Shown here: piece after piece, positions 10,111-21,229 of the stretch | Numbering within the stretch: the first letter of the stretch is position 1 | Layout: the number at the start of each line of letters is the position of its first letter | Assembly: GCA_000934665.2 (NCBI GenBank) | Contig: KZ538779.1 | Span: forward strand, 1 to 47,832 | Direction of reading: 5' to 3' | DNA length: 47,832 bases | DNA from: Catajapyx aquilonaris | Taxonomy: Eukaryota | Position numbers and translations under genes: made by a program | The notes under the pieces: model-generated | Seen by the model: only the letters and a program-made list of their open reading frames with translations | Database searches by the model: none | What the model was told of the DNA's origin: nothing

Positions 10111-13100
10111 CATTGCCATAAGCTGGATCACTTGCACGATTGTTTTCCTATCTTCTTTGCAATCTTGCAATAAACAATGGTTTGAACTATGAAATGGTCG
10201 TTTTCTCATCTTCCTTGCTTCCTTGCGAGCAACAAAGTTTCGGCGGCCATCTTGGAACCCATGCCCTCCAAACTTATAGTATAAGTAAATTTTGAGCGTT
10301 GCAATGTGTTTGGCATCCGAGAAAACCCCTAAGCAGACGTTTAAATCATTATTTTAAGCCAATGGACAAGGGAGATATATGGCAACAGAGTTTTGGTCGC
10401 CATCTTGGATACCGGACTTCCGGTTCAAATTTCGTTTTGGCAACAGGCATTTTCGTATTCGGCGGTGTCGAAATACCCTAAAAACGTTGTTTCCCCAATT
10501 GTTACATGAAATGCTTCTTGCATTGTTCTTTTTCGAAAACGTGCCTAGTCTAAATGGGGCCTTTGATAACGATTTCCTATTACAGCGTACTGCTGAATTT
10601 TTAAACATGAAAGCGATACATAGTTTTTTTAATGTCCAAGAGTTTATAATAACGTTTGTAGAGTTTAAAGGGACACACGAGAGCCTCCACACGTGACAAG
10701 AAAATGTTTTTATAAAAGTTGTGCCTGCCCTAAATAACTAATATTTCCTATAGGCGCCTGGGCTTTCACGCAACATCTTTGTTTCCATAAAACAAGGCGC
10801 CTCCTTCGCTGGGGCAAAATCTCTGAAGCTTTTCCTGTATTACAGGGTTATTTTCGGAGCGTCGACGAAAAGCATGGTGATTAAATATGCGTCTGATAGA
10901 TTTACAATCGCCACGCTGCCGGAATTTAAATATGCCGAAGCATATTTTAATTTACCGTTCAAAATGGAAACTAAAACTAGACTGTTGGAAAGCTGTCTTT
11001 TAAACTACATTATTTCATTTTGTCAAATGGTAACTTTCCTTGGTGTGATATCAATTGCCAGTTTTTGGCTTTCACATCAGGTCCCATGTTAAGCTCACAT
11101 GTTTAGACTGAACTTGGTGTCTTTCCAGGCAGAGGTCGAAGCTGACTCACCTTGTGACCTTTCACCCTTATGCACACTTCCCTACCACCCCACTTCTGCC
11201 TTTGATGTTCAGTCAATTTCACGACTCCATAGCCGTGTAATTATGCATATGAAGTAGTGTACTCAGAGTAAACTCTCTTAATTGCCCAATATAATGGCTG
11301 CACAAATTAAGCGACGTTAAATGCTCAACCGTGACTTTAGGGCGCAAAATGATAAATCATACAAGTGAATATTATGAATTTTGCAGATGTTATAGAGAAG
11401 GCTTGGTCATCCAAATGAAGCCAGCATGTTTTACACTTAGAATTATGATGAGATGTATTGAATAATAATTGTATCGTGCTCGGTTCTTAATATTTTTCAC
11501 ATATCAATACTGAGGTTTTGCGGTATGTAATTCCATATGAACCTGGCAAGGATGTAACTTATCCTGTACAGGTATATGATCTTCAACCAGTGGCTGTTGT
11601 GGTAGCTGGATAGATATAATGGAGTTGTCCTGTTGGAAGCGACGCGAGGATTAATCAATCGGCATCATGGGAATATGCGCAGAACACGGGTTTGTAAAAG
11701 GAACCGTCGTCGTTTCCAAAAACATTTCAACCAACAACTGACGAGCAACTTTCCAAAGTTTCATCAGCCTCAGGGTTGGATTCCCTGCTTCTGCTTGCCT
11801 GTAAACTCAACGTGTAAGATCCAAATCACCAGCACCAGTCCATTACTTACAAACACAAATAAGTGATGTCACTAACTAAATTTATTTAATTTTATAATCG
11901 GCACATGTGCTACGAATTCTATCTAACTGTATTTTTCAAGCTACTGCATTGTACCGAGAGAGCATTTCAAACTATTCCCTGTTCCATGGAACAGTTTCTA
12001 TAGCACATTTTTGATCCATCAATAGCTGGGTTTTAAATAATTAAACCCGAATTTACCGCAAGTACGTCACGGCTTAAAATAGCATCAGGAACTCCTTTGA
12101 TGACACTGTATCCATGTAGGGTTTAGGAAGAATTCCGCAACGCTAATCGCTTGCTGATACTAGACTGTATGGCAGCTTTCGGCATTGCACAGCCGAATTA
12201 AAAATTCAAATGTGTTTCACGAAAATACTGGCACCGGGAATTATGAAATATGCATGCAAAATAACAATAATTGATATACCGTGCGTAAACAGAGCGTATA
12301 GAATATCTCCCCATTGGCATAAACCATCACACACGCGATTAATGTATAATCTCCACATTTATCCGTAATTTAAAATTAAACCGCATTCTGTACACGTTTG
12401 TAACATGTGTCTGCACCGACCACAAAAACTTTACTGTGTAAATGTCATTATTTGTATTTTAATGTGCTTGTGGAACACCAGCTTTTTCAGCATTACTTGT
12501 AACCCCCCCCCCCCCCNACAAGCCAACTCTTAGCAATTTTGTCTTGCTGAGTTCCGGAGCCGGGAAAAAAGACATTCTTCACGACATTATCCCTCCATTA
12601 GGTTGTGTCGCGAAACGCCGCCATTTGCAGCAGCTCCGAATTATTTATGCAAACAAGGAAAAACCGCTGGAATAACATCCTGGCAGACTAAAGCCTTCTG
12701 AGGAAACTTGGTTACCTTTTAGCACGTCCTTAAAGCCAAAAAAATATATATTTCTCTAGACGGGTAATATTTTGAAAAGGGGATAAACAAATTACATTTC
12801 AGGCAGTGTGCGAATACAAAGTGACACGGCGTTACTAGCACAGTAATAATACCGGTCTTAAAATAATAAACATTTCCTTGTCTTTAAAAGGAAGACTCCT
12901 TATGTTGTAAAACCATGGATATTGAAAACCGGTTTTTTTTCCTCTGGATGTGGCATAATCGTCACTTTCTTGCCTGATAGCACTAAACTCGGTGGGCGGT
13001 TTGCTAACGAAACATTTCTTTTGCAGTTGGCTAAAAGTTTATTTGCGGAAGTCTTGCTTGTTCAGCAGGAAAGATAACAAGTGCTTCATCCGTTCGCACC

Positions 13101-13309
13101 ATCTATAGGAAAATGATGTAGAAGTTTGTTTTTCATTTCACGTGAATGAAAGTTTTTTTTTGTTTTGATCGTCGACAGATTTGCGAATTTTCATTATTTT
13201 CTTTTCTGAGCAAAATCCCAAGTTTTTCTGCTGCTTCTTCCATTTTTTTTTTACTTCCGTTTCTGCGTGCATGTTAGCACCATTTCCAAGATTGCTATTT
13301 ACGCAAAAG

Positions 13310-13600
13310 CTAGGCCTTAAAAACTGCTGCTGTAATCAAATTGCATGAATGTGCTGACACAAAATGCCTAGAAGGTGGCTCCAAAGCATTGTAAATAATT
13401 ACATTTTTCTGGTACGCTGCAATACTTACAGTACAATATAAGTTATTGCATTGTAACTTGAGCCGAAGCTTAAGATAATACTGGATGTTGTTCAATTGCA
13501 ATAATATATTGCCAGCGATTACAGTTGCAGATTTATAAAGCTTAAGCCTATTTCCACGTGGGATTGTTAAATCAAACGACTTTTTTTTTCCAAAGGGAAA
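13310..13600 (-). mobile_element. Possible CR1-clade LINE 3' end
   Basis: Minus ORF has PRGNRLKLYK…VIIYNALEPP…FVSAHS…VFKA, resembling the CR1 tail TRGH..KL.K…RV...WN.LP..V.A.S...FK. Confidence 0.4.
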
Positions 13601-15299
13601 AGATCCATTGATGTGATAATCTGGCACCTCATTTGGATACCACAACAAAACCGGCTTATGCTTTGAAAACGCGTCGACACCTAATGACAATGTCCGCGCG
13701 ATGAAATTAATGAAATTACATTGGATTAACTAAACCCCCCCCCCCCCCGCTATCCAACGCCAGCCTTTAGGTTTATTTGACACATGTAATGAAGCTTTCA
13801 TAAAGTATAAAATGGCTTACATGTCAAAGTGTTGGTTAATAACATCATAGCACACTTGACCTTAAGTGACCTCAAAAAAAGTGGTGATTCAAAACTTATC
13901 CTGGCATTTCAGGGCTTCCCTACGCATCACATATGATCACCGGGAAGACGCACGGCCAGGATACATTTGCATATGTGTAATATGCAAATGCTCTCATAAC
14001 ATACAGACTCTAAAGACGCATCTGTTGGAGAGAAGGGATGAGACCTCTTGATTTCCTCCCAAATGACTTCTTTATGGGAGGACATTTCAACATGAAAGAG
14101 TGGGGTTTTATTTCTCCAAGTTTCCGCAGTGATATTAAGCGAGCAAAACCTTGAGCTTCCTTGGATATTACAAACTAATACGGGTTTGATGTGACTATTG
14201 GGACTATAAATGTACATTCGCAAATGGCCACCGGGCCATCGGCATCGAAAGAGCAAATGACACTCCTTTTGCAGAAATGTGCCACTTTTTTTTGTAATCG
14301 CATCGGAATGGAAAATTGCTTACTTTTGTGATATAGGAAACTATTCACACTATTCAAACCCAATCGTAAACTACACACAAAAAAACGGCTGAAACACCGC
14401 CAAAAAATCAGCTTACATACACATACAGTATATGAGTATCCATCATGAAAGAGGTAGGTGCTTCCAATCACTTTTAGAGGCGCGGAATATTCCTGCGCTG
14501 ACATAATATCATTGCAACTTTGTTTTATAAGCTTGACGTGCAGTTAGGATTACATTATCTTCATAAGGCAAATGTGCTTTGCGACCTGGCAGTGCCGCAG
14601 GTCATGCTTTCGTATCCTGTTGGCTTTCAAAGTGTAGCCAACACACATATGCTGGAAACAACGGGAGAGGAACAGGAATGGACAGTGGTACATTATGATA
14701 AATGCAGTGTATTTGGGGGTTATTGCGCTCGCCGGCCCTGCAAACAAGATTTCTGTTAATGCTGCAATTAATAGTCGTCGAGCGTGCCGTATATTTTTCA
14801 GGGTCCGTGGACGGAGCGCTAGATTAGGAGGAAAGTAAATTGGGTGACAAATGACACTAACTTCGTTGTTTGTTTGCACAGTTTTTTATTCAGAGTGTCA
14901 TCGATTGGTGGTGCAAATCTGTGCTGAAATATTGCGGTTAGTAACGTAGTGTCAGTTGATAAAATAGTGTCGACTCTGATGTCAACATTGAATAGGCAAA
15001 ACTGATAGGCCTAATATTGTTAACTGACGAGGACTATATTCAGAGTGGCCAATAATTATATTAATTAACTGTTGGCTCTAAGCCAATGTTTACACACCTG
15101 TTCTGACGTAAATTTGACTATTGTACATGTGGCTATTTTTTAACAGCCTGTTTTATCTGCAAGGGGCTAATATTAGTTCAACAATAATTTGCATCAATAC
15201 TGATCTAGCATACTGATTGTGTAGACACATCAAGATTAACTCGCTTATCCAATTCAGGTCTCAATTACTGGATGAAAAACACATCTTCATTTTGCAATA

Positions 15300-15500
15300 C
15301 AATTTCTCAATATTTTAGAAACTTTACACTTACGCCGTTCCTTTGGGGGCATATCTTGCCTGAACCATGAGAACATCATTTTTCCTTCGCAGTTGTATAT
15401 CTGAAGGTTGTTAGCCTAGGATCCGGTGAAGCTTGACTTTCAAGCCAACTCTTGACAATCCAATCGACTTTCGTTTGTCACTCTCAGACGTGGTATTGTC
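15300..15500 (+). mobile_element. Possible Penelope-like element N-terminal fragment
   Basis: H…FLRSCISEGC*PR, then KLDFQ/FKP in neighbouring frames, resembles the PLE N-terminal H..FL..C.....PKG..L pattern. Short and weak. Confidence 0.25.
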
Positions 15501-18436
15501 TGTCAACTGCATTCAAGTCAGATTTGAATAGGAAAACGTCTAGGCCTGTACCCTGCTCTTCAGACTCGATCCGCGACTGTTGATTCAATAGAGGGGACTC
15601 GTCCTTTGCTGCTGCTGCTGCTGCTATATGGGGATTAATATTGGATGCTCCAATTTGACTCTCATCAAACGTACGTTGTTCAATAGCATGGGTTATTTTT
15701 TCATTGCAGGCCCTAGAGTATTCGGGGGGTTATTCCCTCCTGCAGCCATGTATTATTCACTTTCGATGCCATTTTCAACACGTCGGACGTGGCGCGGTAT
15801 GTTATTAGCTATCAGTGGCCTGATTAATTTTGTTTCAAATAACTTATTTTTAGGAAATTCATTAAAGTGTTACGTAATGGATCATATTATTGCATATTAC
15901 AAGCTTTTTAACAGTAATGCAACGTCCTTGTCGTTCATTCGACCTTGGAAACTGTTTCTGCTGCCAACTTTCATCCTATTGGAGTTGAGGGGGTAGATAT
16001 ATAAAAGTCGGCGAAGTTGGAGTCTCGTTGGAGTCCCAAGATGGCAATATTGCAGTCACGAAGTTAGGGCGTATGTCATTGCGACGTGCAATTCGCGAAG
16101 GACCGGTGCCGCAAAAAAAAATCATTCATTTTCCCAGCCTGGCTTTTTAACTTACTTTAGACATAATAATTTCTCTCACTTGGTCTCAGAAGCTGACCGT
16201 TATATGAAAAAAATTAATGCATTTTAGACGACAAAATTGAAATACACTGTAAGTACACTTGCCATTGTCATTTCAAAGAGAGCACTGTTCTGCGAAACTA
16301 AGGTTGCATGTAAGTTAAATATAAACTCTACAAACATACATAACATGACTGAAATTGTTTTTTAAATGCTAATTCAGCTTGAACTGACATCTCTTTGAGT
16401 CACATGTTTTGGTTTATTACAAGAAGTCGTTAACGACTTTATTTTGCTTCTATACAGTTCCCGACGTCCGCGTCCGTGTAATTGGTTTTGGAACTGTGGT
16501 TAAAAGCTATTACACCGACAAGAATCTTGATAGAGCCTACCTGTGAAACTTACCTAAATCGAGTAATTCCAACCACATATTAACTTCAGCCGATCAGATA
16601 TGCACGAAAAGTAGGCCTACACACATGTGCTGCTAATCTACATAATTATATGGGCACATGAATTTTTTATCTGCGTGATGAAATAATAGTGAAATATCAG
16701 TTTGTAGTAAAATATGAACATCATTTTCGCCTTCAATGTTAACTACATTTAATTTGTAAACCTGATTCATATACGTACTCGTATATTTCAACATGAAAAT
16801 GAATTATTTATTTAATTCTCGTCAAACTTTTTACTTCATTCCGAAAAAAATAATCTGTAATTAAGCGCCAAGCTCACCATCGAAAAACAATCTAATTATC
16901 TCTGCACTATTGATTTCTTCAGTAGACTGTAACCTTTCATTAAATCAAATAAATCATGCAAGTTACTGTACTTCCGCAACAACCGCATCAATTGACACAC
17001 TTCCTTGTACGATTCCAACTAACTTCTAGTACTTGGTTGAGTCATTCAGCTAAGTAACACGTAGGCATCCAATCTTGTAAAAAAAGACTGAAGATGTACT
17101 GAATATATATTTTTCTTTCATAGTGCAAATATTGCAAAACTAGGAAGCATTTGATCCTCCCCTTTGGTGAACTAACTGCAAGTGACAGTTACCTAATTAT
17201 TTTTTCGCAGATAAAAGAACGGAATCTTCTGCTCAACCAGAGATAAAAGCAAAAATACGCAGTGTTTATATGCTAACCAACGTGATAACAGAGAGAGAAA
17301 AAGGGTTGTTACCTGCAAGGTATACAGCATGTTTCATGAAAGTTTCAGAAATAAGTTGAGTATTTTTCTCCCTATGGGTTTCAGAAATCTCGTTGCATAA
17401 TTAATCGGGTGAGTTGTACGTGACGGCTCCCAAGGTCTGGGTTCCTGTTTGGATTCGGGGCATTTGGGAATCGTGGGTTCGGGACCCGGAGATTTACCGG
17501 GTTAGCCGCAACCTTACTTTTCTCCGAGACTCGAGTGAAAACAAAATCGATGCAACCAAGAAAATCGAAAAATAACAGCCAGGTAGTTTTCTGTACTTTA
17601 AAAAAGTTGTTGTTATAAGTTATCCTTACAGTAATGATTGACGCTATTATAGAAGAATTGGGCAACTACCTGATCTTTTAATGAGTGATTTTGTTAGGTA
17701 TATACCCTAGGCAATTTTAGTGGAAGAGAAGCTTTCATACTATTATACTTACAGTTCGTGAATTTGGGCCAAGCTGTTCTAAGCAGCTATTTGTACCCGA
17801 ATCCGTTTAAGGGCTGTATTTTACATGCTAAACCAGACGGAAGAGCATACTGTGCTACTTTTTCAAAAAGTGTCAGCCTGTGGCTGGCCTCTCATGTTGT
17901 TGCTATATACACTGGTGTCTTGTTACGTGTTTCATTATTCATGGTCGGCTTGTGACTCGTTACTATTTCCGTCTTATGTCCTGTCACATTTCTTTGGTCG
18001 TTCTAAGCATTTACCTGCAGATTTCCACAACAAAATATTAGTTATTGCTGTCAATACTTGTACAGACCGTTTAGGTTGTTCATGGAAAATCACAAACCGC
18101 ATTCGCAGGAACACAAAATTCAGAGAAGTTCGATAAGGCACATGTTTTTAAATGGTGGGATCCTGCCCATAAGTGCAGTGACTCAATTATTTACGTCGAC
18201 CTAGGAAGGTTACCCAGTACTGCATGTATAATTAATGTAAGTTCAGTTCAGTTTTGCACATGTAACTTCCTGTACTATAATATTATAGAACCTTTTTCAA
18301 GTTCAAATGTGGGAGGCGGAGTAGCTCTGCGGTAACAAGCTTGACATGCACGCCCACGTATGGAATAACAACTCTGCATATGAAGCGGTTGTAGTGTTTT
18401 ATTTGTCAGGAAATGAGTACTCCAATAGTGAGCCTA

Positions 18437-18726
18437 CATGTTAAGAATACTTTATCCGAAATACTTGGGACCGGAAGTGTTCCGGATATTGAAATATTTG
18501 TAATATGAAATAGCATCGGGATCTGATAAATGCCTAAACACAGCACTACATTATTTATTAATAGAGATTATACATTAGCCCTGAAGGTACAGTAGTTTTA
18601 TAAAGGTTTAATAATTTTATATGGGTACAGATACAGGGATTGCAGTGTTCTATTCCCGAGGAATTTGTACTGCGTCATATCAGCAAAAAATGTTTTGGAT
18701 AATTTCAGATAAAATATTCTGACCTC
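18437..18726 (+). mobile_element. Tigger4/Zombi (MER46)-like pogo/Tigger MITE
   Basis: TA (18435-18436) then catgttaagaatactttatccgaaatacttgggaccggaagtgttccggat, matching the recalled Tigger4 5' end CAGGTTGAGTATCCCTTATCCGAAATGCTTGGGACCAGAAGTGTTTCGGAT. Internal …atacattagccctgaaggta… and 3' …gcgtcatatcagcaaaaaatgttttggat…gacct follow the same consensus. Confidence 0.75.
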
Positions 18727-19735
18727 CATTAATGATGGCACAGCGGAAATTGTGGTTCCATAATTGTTTAGAGCCAGTGCGAAACAACTTGTTTATTGAA
18801 TTTATTTATTTCAGAAGTTTTTGCCACTTGTTCATTACTGTATGTCATGCGATTAATGCACTAGTGTAATTCATTCAGTACATTATGAACTTTCACAAAA
18901 TTTTAATGCCACTTCTACCTGTGTATTTCACTTTCTTCACAATTTCATAACTTTATTAATTTACTAACTTTAACAGGCTCCACCATTAAGTAGGTACTCC
19001 TCTGCGGTATGTCACTTATGGTTACGCAAACAATCAAAGATCATCGAACATGTCAATGGGCGAATGAATCCTAATCTCACTTTGCTACATTTCTGTAATG
19101 AATATAGTTAATTTCTTAAACCAGCGTACATTACAGAGTAACGCAATACTTTTCTGATGCGCGTACGACAAAGTAACGGCAACATTTCCATAAAATATTG
19201 ATCGCTGCGTCAGACTTTGCAGCAAACCGTAAGATGGATTGCAAGTAATTCCCTTGTCCAACTTGTCAAGACGACTATTTGTTTCTGCCTGGATATCAAC
19301 CTTCGGCAGGTGCAAGAAAATCGCATCTGGGAGTGCGTGTCGTGGTTGCGTGATTTTTTTCAGTTCCCTCGTCTCAAAAGAAACCGGGAAAAAAAGCTTC
19401 CAGAAAAGCACACATAATATGAATGCATTGTGAAAATATGAAATATAAGTGCTCTTTATCAATATAGCGACCTGAATCTTTGTCCACACGAGAAGCTCAA
19501 AGAGCATAACAAATGGAACAGGATATCCTCGTCGCCTAGTGGGCACGTGAGAGAGTGGCTGGTATGTTTGGGAGAAATACTAAAACAATTTTATGCAAAC
19601 CAAGTGCACTCAGGATCACTTATGTAATAGATAATTACGTGGCTGTATTTAGAGTGTTTAGGTGTAACCAACCACACCACAGCATCCATCTGCATAATTT
19701 GACATACAATCAACTGTTAATGCGCGGTAGTGCCT

Positions 19736-20121
19736 ACACACACATACACGCCAACTCTTGTCTTAACTAAGGCGTGGGGACGGACATTGATCACTTTTCA
19801 CTTCGAGTGTAAACTGATCTAACCTAACCTAACCTAACCTAACCTAACCTAACCTAACCTTACCTAACCTATCCTACCTAACCTACCCTACCCTAAGTAA
19901 CCTAGGCTGAGAAAAATGGACTTTTGTGAAAACCTACAAATGAAAATAGTGGGGACATGTCCCCACTAATTTACACATGTCCCCACTGTAATGGTACACT
20001 TCGCGTGTGTGAGCCTGTGGGGACCGACAAATGTCCCCACAATTGGAAGTGGTCCCCACAGCTACAGTAAAACCACACACTTCCGTCCCCAGACCTTAGT
20101 CAAGACCTGATCGCACACACA
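19736..20121 (+). mobile_element. MITE in a (CA)n context with an internal (CCTAA)n array
   Basis: TIR gtcttaactaaggcgtggggacgga (19760-19784) versus tccgtccccagaccttagtcaagac (20082-20106), 22/25 match. Perfect 22-bp palindrome tagtggggacatgtccccacta (19947-19968). Further gtggggac/gtccccac copies up to 20059. CACAC on both flanks. Confidence 0.8.
19819..19896 (+). repeat. (CCTAA)n = (TTAGG)n pentamer array inside the MITE
   Basis: About 8 perfect units followed by degenerate units. Confidence 0.95.
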
Positions 20122-20319
20122 TTTCTCCCTGGCTTGAATCCTTAACGTGATTGGTGTCTCCTGGAAAACAGCTTACTGTTATTGACGTTATGTCACTGCT
20201 GCTGCTGCTGCCCAAGAACCGTTTCCGCTCGACTTTTCCGGCCAAAATTAATGAGCTCTTGATTAATTAGACTTTATTAGATTCTCCTACTTAAATTACG
20301 ATATGTCGTGCGCATTCAT

Positions 20320-21170
20320 CTCTTGGCTTCCCTCCAGTTAATTCGGCAAATGGCTTGGGAAGGATGGGGGAGGGGACAGTTTTTCGAGTGTATGGGACAA
20401 CTTGTGAAATATTTGTTGGACTAGTTGGCAAATTGACTTTGAAGAGCTTAGAACAAGTGTATATACATGGAGTGCCACTGTAGGGTAGGCGGGGCATGAG
20501 AACAGGCTTCCATCATGCTAATAATCTCGACAGGTTGAACGTCACTTCTGCCATGTTTATTAAGTGCTTCTCACAATTGAGCATATACTGTATTAATCCG
20601 TTTAGTATGGGAGGGGCTGTCGTGCTGAGTGAAAGGAAGGTTCTTTGAAAGGCACGTGTAAGTACTGGTAGAAGTAAGTCTGAATTACGTAATATCTCAT
20701 TACGGATTAAAGCAGAGTGGGGAAGAATTAAAACGTCAGAGTTAGCCAAACAGTACACTGATGTAATATTTGGCTACCATTTTTCTCATGTGATAATAAT
20801 AACGAAGCATCAATCAGAATCACTCCAGCGGGAACATCTAGAATAGGAGAAATTGAGATGGGGTCCCCTGCAGCATCAGAAAACTATGGAATTTTTACTG
20901 GAGTTTCCGACAACTCCAGGTATACTTTGGCAAAATTAATTTGCTGAGCAGGCAAAACTTATACGAGGATGGCATCGATCCATTGATAAAGTTTTAACGA
21001 GCACCTTTGGGCGGCAACTAGCCATGAATCAAGCTCTCCATAGTTCCTCCCTCGCACTTATAAAGGAGCACATCTCCATTGTGTCTCTCGGTATGGTTGG
21101 ATACAAAAGGAGGAACCCTGGCTTATACTCGGCGGCATCCTGATTTATACAAAAGGCCTCCACCCTTTAC
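20320..21170 (+). mobile_element. Decayed L1-clade ORF2 post-RT/zinc-knuckle fragment
   Basis: FSQLSI…INPF-VWEG near 20570-20615 (resembles FKQL...I..F.W.G), and KGGTLAY near 21105-21125 (resembles C....GTL.H). Confidence 0.4.
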
Positions 21171-21229
21171 TTCCGGCGGCCAAAAAGAATAAAAAATGGC
21201 TGCCGGTTTTTCTGTCGGAACTACCGTAA

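Larger units (their letters stand above)
8516..10522 (+). mobile_element. Internally deleted long-TIR DNA transposon, probably Academ-like
   Basis: Inverted repeats at 8516-8823 and 10229-10522. Manual alignment gives 12 substitutions, one 2-bp indel and one 12-bp indel (~96%). The repeats carry several CAAGATGGC motifs and enclose a frameshifted Cys-rich ORF. No clear TSD. Confidence 0.85.

Noticed and set aside
15535..15565. Minus-strand CTGAAGA…GCCTAGACG as a decayed Penelope hammerhead
   Set aside because: The GAAA core is missing and the orientation is opposite to the putative PLE fragment.
19819..19896. (TTAGG)n as a telomere or as evidence for an arthropod host
   Set aside because: It is short, interstitial and lies inside a TIR-bounded MITE. 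A smaller copy sits in the analogous MITE at 9154-9168.
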